A DNA stretch of 64,000 nucleotides from Azolla caroliniana (lineage: Eukaryota; Plantae; Polypodiophyta), in the NCBI GenBank assembly GCA_043228905.1, contig JBHGNT010000001.1:34162001-34226000 (forward strand), read 5' to 3'. This document shows positions 54,455-64,000 of the stretch, piece after piece (position 1 is the first letter of the stretch; every line of letters starts with the position of its first letter). The translations under genes and the position numbers were made by a program. The notes under the pieces are model-generated. The model saw only the letters and a list, made by a program, of their open reading frames with translations, was not told the DNA's origin and did not search any database.

Positions 54455-55317
54455 AAGCAAGGCCTAAAACTTAAATTTTGGAAAGCCCTAATCTAGTATT
54501 CACATTTCTGCTTTTTCTAATGGAATTGGCATATATTCAAGCATACAAACTTGAATATATTGCATGAATCCATCCAGAACTTTCTCGTATGAGAGGCAAT
54601 GCATCACTTAGGCTACGCTTAACAAGGTCATTCTAATATGAAAATCAAATGTGCCATTATGGATTCTGATGTGATAACAATTGAGTATTGTATGGGTGTG
54701 TTTATTCACTTCACGTGTGAAGTCTCTAATTCAAGTCTAGGAAGGCCCAGCTGCATCAAGGGGAATCAACAGAAGCATCTGATCAGTTCACGCATGATTC
54801 ATCAGAACCAAGCACAGGTTGGTAAGTGCTGTTGTGCTTATCGGCTGGATGCTTATAAAATTAGTCGGTAATGTCCGTCTAAACTGGGGGCTAACTTTTC
54901 CAAAGGAATAGGAGGGAGGGCCAAAACATGCCTCTATTATTACCCTTTTTCTATTAATTATATCCGCCAAAACTTGCCTCCATTACCCTTTTTCTATTTA
55001 TTATATCCACGTAGGCAGAGGCCAGTGCTTTTTTCCCTGAACAATCTACAGTGAGCCCCTGGGATCTGGCAGCACATTCATATTCTTGCAATGCCTCTGA
55101 GATATGGATCCACGTCCTATCCTGGTTAAAAGTCGAACCTTACAAAAGTCATATATTTTTATGTTAACAAGGCCTAAATCTTAAATTTTGGAAAGGCCTA
55201 ATCTAGCGTTCACAGATTTCTGGCTGTATAATGGAATTGGCATATATTTGAGCATAGTAGGGTGTCCTTGAATATATTACTTTCCATACAGAACTTTCTT
55301 GCATGAAAGGCAATGCT
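54455..55317. repeat. ~150-bp direct repeat pair (~54455-54602 and ~55165-55316)
   Basis: caaggcctaaa.cttaaattttggaaag.cctaatctag..ttcaca.atttctg...taatggaattggcatatatt..agcata...cagaactttct...atga.aggcaatgc occurs twice. Confidence 0.85.
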
Positions 55318-58300
55318 TAACACAAGTGTTTAAGATGTTACAACATGGTGGAATGGCCTTAGTTGATTTCAGATGCAACGTGATTTTCATCATTCACAAA
55401 TGTGGAATCGCTCAACCCTTTCTCCTAGTTTTATCTATGAATTGGAACAAGAAATAATACACTATTGAGAATGGAAACCAAGAACTTGTTCAGAAATATA
55501 ATTAGATTTAAACCATTATGGGTGGAGATCCTTTCACAAATGGAGTAGAGACAAAACGGCAAATCAACTGCAAACTAAAGATTAAAGAGTATCCTTCAAG
55601 TGTCCTCTTTACCTTTTTCTTCCACCTTTCCACATCTTTGTGCATCCTCTGAGCTGTTTCTTTGAGCTGCATATACTCTAGTGCATGAGGTGGAGGCGGA
55701 CCATCTGATTCTTGGGTACTGATATCAAGAAGATCCTTCAATTTTTTCTGCAAAAAAAGAGCAGAATCTATTTAAATAGAATATCAGATCAACCCCATGG
55801 ATAGTTAAAATGCATAAAGTGCGGCAAAAAACCAGTACCTTTGTGTTCAATCAAAGTGTTTACGCATGCTGCATATACATAAAGCAAAAACATAACAATC
55901 CTGAATGTTCTATCCCTAATTTAAGTCACAAATATTCTCCGGATGACACAAAACAGCAGATGCATACGTATTCAAAGCAATGTAGTATGTATGTGGCTTG
56001 TATGTGGATTCTTTCATTTGCTGAAGAGAAAAAGAAAGGAAAATGATATTTTCCCATATCAATTTTAACATGTCAAGAGTAAAACAGGATACACATCAAT
56101 CTAATGTTAAGAATGACGCTCATGTTATTGATTTAAGTTCAAACTCTAGTGATAAAATGGGGAAGTACTTCTATGAAGTCAAAATCTGGCATGGCACATA
56201 CTATTGCAGTCCTTGCTAGTAATTTTTAATATTGGAATCCTACATGACTTTTCAGAGACAGCTTGATGACACCCAAGTTTTGAATTGTAATACAAAACTA
56301 TTCATGGTTTTCCAAATGGCAAAGCATATAAGAAAAGATCAAATGCTATATACATTCATGTTCTCTAATACGTTAAGGCAGGTGGATAAACAGGATTCAA
56401 AAGACTGAAAAAAACACCAGCATAATATTTTATCTTGCAAACACAAGGTTGTTCCATAACAGAAGTAGACAATAAACCTTGGCTTTATTGCTGCTCTTAA
56501 TATCTTCTCTGACATGATTCAGTTTCACAGTATCATCATTAAGCTTCTGTTTTACGACAATCCCTTCACTTTGCAGGTTTTGCAGATTTTTTTGTACTAA
56601 CTCTAGCGCCTAAGCAGAAATCATGATATTAGAAGTGCCACAGATTCTTTTACTTGGCTCTATACATGTATATATGTCTCAACAGCATAGATACAAAGTC
56701 AACCTGTAAAGCCTTGTTGCTGCGAGCCTTCATCCTATGAAACTCATGTGTTTTATCCCTGATCTTATTCATTAACTGCTGATTTTGTATAGTCAGCTGA
56801 TCAAAATCAACAGCATGTAGTATATCTGCTAGATCCTTTTTAGATGTAAGTTGGTGCTCTGCATCTGATATCTGCGTCTGTAGAAGATCATTTTTTTCCT
56901 GGAGTTTGGAAATGAGGACATGCTTTGCCCTGAGTTTGTCTTGTATATAGCTGCACAGAAACATTAGTTCAAATCAGGAACCATTCAAGAGGTGTCTTAC
57001 TTCATTAAGTTATCATGCCTCTGTATTCACTTGCTACTGCCTAGCTACTAGATAATATCATGTCATCTATTGCCAACTGTTGTTCGAGACTCTCTAGAAA
57101 CAACAAACACAATATATCTGCAAAAACCAGACCAAATGTAATGTTGGCGCATTAGAACATGCCCTATGATTGACCATGGTAAGAAAGTATACAGGAATGT
57201 CTGCAAATTTTTTCCCAAAGGAATCACATATCTTGTTGCGAGAAATTTATAACTATTATCTCAGCCATTTTATTCCCAGTTCAAAGAACATCTAAAAAGT
57301 TTAATTAGTACGCAAACTATATACCTCAGGATTCTGTCACTGCTGGCAGTTTCTGAATTCCTTATCTCTGCTTCAAACATGACCTCCCTTTGAAAGCTAT
57401 TCTTTTCCTTCTTGATTTCACCAATGCTTAATTCTGTCTCATCCATCACAGCTTTAAGATCATCTAGGACACGCTCGCTTTCATCCGTGTAACGAGCAAT
57501 TTGCAGCTTCACAGCTGCACATTCATCTTCTGCTATCTCGCTTTTTTCTTCTGAACTCAGAGGAATCAGGAATTCAGGTGCATAGGATGGCTGAGCATTC
57601 GCACATCCTTGGCGACTCTGCCGTGAGCTTCCTAATTTAGAATCCCTCCCAAAACTCTCCATACCATCTTCAGAAGGCATTCTAACACTGGCTCGACTAG
57701 CTCTCCGTAATTCAGGTCCATCTTCAGCCTGTCTAATGTCTTCTTCTAATGCCTCCAATTGTAAATGGAATTGGTCACTCCCCTTTAATGTCATTAACCG
57801 CTGCATCATCAGGATATCATGAACATAAATTTGTGTTATCCAAGATTGTCAGCAAATTCGGTTATGCTATATCAAATGGAGAAGCCCTGAGATACTTCTG
57901 ATTTTTAACTTATGTACAAAATGCACTTGATTTGTTATTTATACGAACACCCTTGGTCTTCCTTAGCACCATCACCCCACCTCCCATATTAAAGGTCCAT
58001 TACGGCAGCATAAGTAGGGTCTCAACATTCTAAAGGGGTTACAAACGATCAAGCAAATGCAATTTGATGCAGATGTTGTCCACGATCTTGTCACCCTTAT
58101 CAACAGAAAACAAGGCCATCATCGTTTTGACATAGCCTAGACCATGGCCTTATTACTATGTTATCAACAGCCATGATCATTTTGACACCAAAGGAGCTGT
58201 CATTAATTCAAGTACTTGTCCATCTTGAACTGGATCATGATGAACATTGTTTGAAAGAGAAGTGTCAGTATATCTAAGCTCACAACCATATATGCTTCGT

Positions 58301-61114
58301 GCGACAAGAATGCCTATCTGTTCATCCATGGACAAAGATGAGATAACATTTCCAGGTACAAAATCTCTTTTGGTCTCAATGGCTATTTAACCTCCTAAGA
58401 GACATTAATATATCTATAATTCTTTCTTTTGTGTTTCCTTTCACATAGAACTCTGGCTTTCTCACTTGACACTTACCACCAAGTAAAATTGACAAATGCC
58501 TACTACCACTTGCTCCCACAAATCAATGTCAAAACCTAGTGCCCTCAAAAAATTTGATTACAGAGAATTGATGAGTAGGCACAGTATGTGTCTTCAGAAT
58601 AGAATGAAGCATTGATAGATTAGACACAGCAAAAATGCAAATATCGCCTAAGTCAAAAAGTAAAACTCCAATCTGTGTTGGAAATAGGCTGACCATACTG
58701 CAGTTGGTTGTGAAAAATCTATATTGTTCAAAGAGCCCAAAGTTCAATCCATAAAATGAAAATAGCTGATGGCTTGAGAGCTTGAAGTATGCAGCAGAAA
58801 AAACAGAAAGAACTGTGAAATTATGAGCACGAAATGATAATAATAAATGATAAATTATTTGTAGTAATAAAGTGGTTCTCTCCTGATGAAGAAGAAGTCT
58901 GATCTTCTAAATAAGACTATACAAATAAAAAACGAATCCTTTGCTTTTTTTGCTTCTGAAACTGATAAAAATTGAAAAAAAAACTCGAGTTGGTTAATGA
59001 TGCATCTTCACTTCTTCCAAGCCGAGAGGTTAAATCATTCCGTCTATTTATCTCTCGTCAGTGCGGGAGTGAGTTTGTAATCACTCGCACCCCCAGTCTA
59101 TGTGCGATATAAGTTAGAATTCAAACATGTTACCAAAAGGACTGACTGTTTCAACCTACTTTTTTCGGTCCGAATCACAAACGACAAAAGTTTTCGTTAT
59201 CTATTCTGTTTAATCAAGCTCTTCTTTGGCGCACGTAGGGTAGAATCCATCGGACCGAATTAGGTAACTTTCTATTAGCGGAAACTAACAGCAGCCTGCC
59301 ACACGAAAGCTAAGAGGAGAAAGAATACTGGTATAACTGGCATTACATCGACGATTGGATCGAAGATGGCATAGGCTTCGGGTAATTTGGCATAAAAAGT
59401 ATCAGTGATGTGAGGAAGATTCTCCAGACAGATGTTACACAAAACCATCATTTCTATTCTCCAATAATGACTAGTTTTCTTCTAAGACAGTGACGCTTGT
59501 CAATCAACTCACCCATCAGTTCTATACTATTATATATTCTTCCCTTCGAACTGGTTAAAAGAAATCTATTTCTTTTTTTCACCAAACAAAAGAGAGGAGA
59601 ATTCTTTTCTTTGGGATTTTCATCTGTCGAATCAACAAAAATTTGAAATAGTTTCTTGGCGCCTAATCTAATGGGTCACAGGAAGGGAAAAACTAAGGCA
59701 TCTGGAAAAAAACGATTTATTTCTATCAACAAACCAGCTAACAACCCAAACCATATAGTATCAATGACGGGGGCTGTAGAGAGATAAATCTTCACATATT
59801 GCATCAGAAATTCTCCTTGTTGTTCTTTTTTTATCTCCCCCTCTTCCCTCTCCTACAAATTACCAAACCCTTTGCATCCTACCAAAAAAAAAAAAAAGCC
59901 TCCTTGTCGATCCTTTCCTCCCGAAAAGTTAGGAAATTACATTTAGATTCGAGGATTCGGAATCATACTGCTTGCTTGCTTGCTTGCTGGGAAATCACAA
60001 AGAAGTTCCGGGACGCGGGCGGCAAAAACCCAGAGACCTTGCAAGCAACACTGCTCGCCCGTAGTAATGCTCGCCTTAGCCATTATCGCCCGCCAAATTA
60101 CACTTTTCAAAGCTCGCTCTAGCCATTTCTCTGCTGCTTTCCGGCATTGCCGAAAATGATTGAAATGAAAGGGAAGGGAATTGGCCGAGCAAATGAGACT
60201 AGCAGAAAGACGAGACCGAGTGCTTTTCTTTTACAAAACAACAAAAAGCTATAAATACAAGAAAAGAAATAAATCTCACGAACACACAGGAATGGAACGC
60301 ATGAAAGAGCTTGCAGGGAGACACCTCTCTCGCTATTCCAAAAACAAAAAAAAACGTTCTGTTCTATGTTATTCTATCTGGTGCAGACAAAGTATGATGG
60401 GGAAAAGAAACTACTTTTCGATTGTCGAGTTGGCGGAGTTTTTTTGCCGGACTTAATCTAAGTAACCCGCCTAAGTAAAGGTCGCTTCCCTCGGGATGAA
60501 AAATTCATCCACTCGGCTTTCGAAGGATTAATTGATTAATCCTGGAAGAGAACCTTCAGTATGTACGTAGTACTTTTAATCCTGAGTTACAAAATTCTCC
60601 TCGATTGTGAGAAATATGTCGGAAGTGGAGGCATCATAAAATCTCCTCGGTTCCACTCGGAGTTGTTCATAATATGTTAATTGGCTTCGAAGCGGGGACC
60701 CTTCGATAGCATATGAAACACCATACATCAGCAAAAATCTTCATCTCCTACATTTGCCACAAATTAAGGTTCTAACAGCACTCCAATGAGGGAAACTCCA
60801 AATAAGCACCACCACATCCTTTAACAGTAATGAATTCTTCCATAGCTGTTTGCAACCTTCAAGTCAAACAATTTAACATTTTGACCTGTTTAAAAACCTC
60901 TGGAACATGTGTCAAACACGGGATCACATTGAAAACCCCAAAAAAACTTTCTTGCTGAAAGAATGAGAAGGACTGGCCACGGTTAGAGAAGGGATTTTCT
61001 TTTTTCTCTACAACATTAAAACCCCACACCCACAAGGCTGGGAGCGAGAGCTTCCTCACACTTGTTTGTCTCATTAGTCATGTTTGGACCCCACGGACAT
61101 TAATATATCAATGT

Positions 61115-61192
<78 letters not shown>

Positions 61193-62227
61193 CCTTTGTG
61201 AGCCTTCTGCACCATTGTTTCCATATGACTTAGCTTACATTCTCTTCAATATAAGATGGGGTGTTGGGCTGCTGATAAGGAGACTGATCGACAGTGCATA
61301 TTTTGCCTGAAACCAGTTCGGAAGTCAGTGGATTACACTTTGCTAGAACGCACTACATTCAACCACATTAAAGTTTGCTTTCTACACATCGTCAATCTAG
61401 CCCGCTCCTTTAACACACTCCTCTCACACTCACAATGTGCACTCTCGACTGCAACATTTATTAGTCAAATTCTTGAACAGAGAGAGAATTCACTACTCAA
61501 TTTCGCATTTGTTTCCCTAGATCATATTTGAACTTCAATAGCTCAGCACCACCACTAACGATGTGGCAAAGAGTCATCATAAAGCAATCAGAGGAATGCC
61601 GACAACAATGAAGACCGTGAGTACCAAGATATAAGTCACGTTGGCCACACCATCACCATGGAGATAATTTCTCACCATGTTCGACCCATATGAGGATACT
61701 CAGATGCACTTGTTGAACTTCCTCATAGCCTTTTTCCACTGCACCAACCAACCTCAGATAAGATGTCCAATCACCATGACTCAACCCATACATATCAGAT
61801 ATGCACTTTGTGCTTGTACAACATCTCCAAAATCATTCCACCAGATGCATTAAGAAGATACACGATCACAGAGCTCTAGGAAAGCTAAAGCTTTTGTTTT
61901 TAATTTAAGAATGGATAATATGAACTCATCGTTCTTTGTAATATTAACTTGCCTCATCGGCCAATTTTGGTCTCTAGTAGACGTAAATCTCTATCTATGT
62001 ATCTATCTCGCTCTACATATCCGCATCCACACATCTCTCAATCGCTCCAAAAGAATAGACGAGGAATCACAATATGAAGAACAAGTCACAGGAGAACATA
62101 CCGCGAGATGATCGGAAAGGATGGTGTTCTCCATGCGGAATTGGGCATGCTGGCGTGATAGTTCCTCCGCTGTCCCATGACCAACATCTCCATCTCCTCC
62201 TCCATGCGACTGATCCAACTCTCCCAT
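55046..62227 (-). CDS. CCDC113: Cilia- and flagella-associated coiled-coil protein CCDC113/CFAP263 (DUF4201 family), ~402 aa. Exons 62227-62102, 57800-57325, 56950-56704, 56609-56478, 55747-55613, 55138-55046 (last exon tentative)
   Basis: [39 protein letters not shown] (DUF4201 core LHxxDFxQLKIENxQ), P..LEYMQLK...VERWKKKV. All junctions GT-AG and in frame. The paralogue CCDC96 cannot be fully excluded. Confidence 0.8.
57950..58428 (+). mobile_element. Older 3' fragment (copy E) of the same LINE-like family in CCDC113 intron 1
   Basis: aaaggggttacaa..gatc..caa..gcaatttg.tg...ccacgatct..cacccttt-like segment shared with 33640-33725; degenerate terminal motif ...cctcctaagagacattaatatatct..ttctttc. 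Confidence 0.6.
59275..59451 (-). pseudogene. psbK: Plastid-derived psbK copy (PSII subunit K), intact 58-aa ORF
   Basis: Manual translation [58 protein letters not shown]. Too short for the ORF track. Confidence 0.95.
59676..59804 (-). pseudogene. psaJ: Plastid-derived psaJ copy (PSI subunit IX), intact 42-aa ORF
   Basis: Manual translation [42 protein letters not shown]. Confidence 0.95.
61120..61189. repeat. (CT)n microsatellite, ~34 units
   Basis: Direct reading. Confidence 0.97.
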
Positions 62228-64000
62228 TGCTCCTCCTCCTCCTTATTCCTCTTCCTCTTTCAACAGCGCAAGGCAGTTGATGTTTGTGTACGAAGAATGC
62301 GTTTTCTATCTTCGGGATACAACTTTGCCTCTGCAGGATTAACTTCTGAAACCTCTGAAGGATGCCCCTTGCTCTGTTCTTTTATTTCCCCAAATACCCC
62401 TCTCTCCCTCCCTCCAACCCAACCCACACATCCATTCCTTACTCGTTCTTTGGCCCTTGCTCTCCCGGTAGAAAAGAAAAACATCGATTGAATTTGAGAA
62501 AAAGGCGATGATTCGTCCATCTCTCAAAGATGTCTTTAGAGTTTGGAAACAAATGCATTGAATCTAGGGGCATTCCAAGAAATAGGGCAAATCTTCAAGA
62601 GTATTTTTCCCCATGTGGGAATATCAGACTTTCAATCTTTTCTACGTGCTCCATGACAAGACATAGAAGAGCAATAGGGTAAAGGGGACCAAATTATCGG
62701 CCTTCAACATATCCATTGCTTGCTTTCACATTGAGGGTTTCCATTGGTATTCCAATGTTAAGTACAAAAAACATTCATGTCTTCAACATAAGGGTAGTGT
62801 TTGCAATTATGATCCTTTCTCATGATCTAATGAAAACACACATGTATACAATCAGGAGGATAAACCAATCGATGTGCTTTGAACATCAAGAGTTTGAACC
62901 CCTTTGTGACCCTAGATCTCATTAATCGATATGTTTGAATTGTGTGAGTTCAAGCTGTGTATGTGGCTTATGTGATTCAAACATTCTTGGTTGAGGCATA
63001 GTTCGAAGGTAGCGAAGTCAAGTGTTGTGTTGCCGATGGCGCAAGGTGTGAACCGCCTCTAAAACAAATGGTTGTAAGCATGGTCTAACAAAAGAGAGTA
63101 ATTGGGTTTAAATAGATTGTAAATATGTTCGACAATGCAATTTGAACCTTGTACATATGTTTTATAAAGCATCCTGATCACCAATAAGGGAAATATTTGA
63201 AGCAATAACATGTTTAAAGATAAACAAAAAGTTTCATGGGGAAACCTTTGCACAAATACATTCAACCTATTTTATAATCTTAGGAAAATACATTAATGCC
63301 AAGTGGCGCCATGTGCCCAGACTCCAACCATAGCATGGCTAGACTTATATTAACCCATAAATCCATCTCTTGGCATAAACACCTAATGGTTACACTGACA
63401 CAAGCATATGCACATGTGACACTCTTTTTGACACGCCATTGCTAAGGATCAATGCACTTTGAAATTGTTTTTGTTATTCTAAAATTTATGGTTTTGTTGT
63501 TCAACAAAACATCATCTCAAATATATTTTCTCGTAATGTTTGATAAAGAATAGTGAAAAGTAGAGTGATGTTTGACCGATGCAAATGACAAATGTTAGAG
63601 TAAGGATACTCTTTAGTAGGAATTCTCCCTAATTAATCTACTTGACGCCATTGTTCTCATGAAATAAGTTGACATTTATGACTTCTATACATGAAAATAT
63701 GGACTCAAAATCATAAACCATTTGTATCTACATAATTTCAAGTTGTCTAAAATCCACTAGCATGTATTTGCATAAGCATAATAATCCTTCCAAGTAATCT
63801 ATTCACTTTTAATGTTTGACCTTTTCTCGTACATATGATACATTCAAACTCAACATGTACTACATGATGCTCTAAACCTTAGACAATGCAATGGTTTGGT
63901 TTGTTTCAACTACTCTTACTAGTAGAAATTTTGATTTTCTAATTTCTTGTAAATCTTGAAGGTTCTAGCAAAAGGAGCCTATATGGGCCATACTCATATA

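Larger units (their letters stand above)
58900..59900 (-). other. Nuclear plastid DNA insertion (NUPT) in CCDC113 intron 1
   Basis: Contains complete psbK and psaJ reading frames with plastid-like spacers and a TTGACA (-35-like) box upstream of psbK. Boundaries are approximate. Confidence 0.88.

Noticed and set aside
54451-55322. Direct repeats as LTRs of a TRIM element
   Set aside because: No PBS, PPT or TSD found, and the interval contains a probable CCDC113 exon.
58900-59270. psbI expected downstream of psbK
   Set aside because: No MLTLK...NDPGRNP coding sequence found; the fragment ends within the spacer.

Overview
Eukaryotic nuclear DNA from a land plant, most likely a fern or another seed-free vascular plant: the genes are plant-type and spliced, a flagellar gene (CCDC113/CFAP263) is retained, and plastid DNA is inserted in an intron. 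Seven intron-containing genes can be reconstructed. In order they are a type I vacuolar H+-pyrophosphatase (AVP1-like), a plastid-type TRM1 tRNA dimethyltransferase, a type II metacaspase, a small uncharacterised protein with a transit-peptide-like N-terminus, a large divergent AIR9-like microtubule-associated protein, a GT-2 trihelix transcription factor, and CCDC113 on the minus strand. Introns and intergenic DNA hold LINE fragments, a truncated LTR element, a TSD-flanked tRNA-derived SINE-like element, many local tandem duplications and a mosaic plastid insertion (intact psbK next to intact psaJ). The most unusual observations: (i) a retroelement 3'-end stem-loop occurs five times, forms the metacaspase 3'UTR and brackets that gene in inverted orientation; (ii) the SINE-like element carries an in-frame 66-bp acidic repeat array; (iii) the mosaic plastid insertion; (iv) a telo-box-like repeat insertion inside the TRM1 catalytic domain; (v) a repeat-rich acidic N-terminus on the AIR9-like protein. 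Exon boundaries were read by eye and family assignments come from recognised motifs, not database searches.
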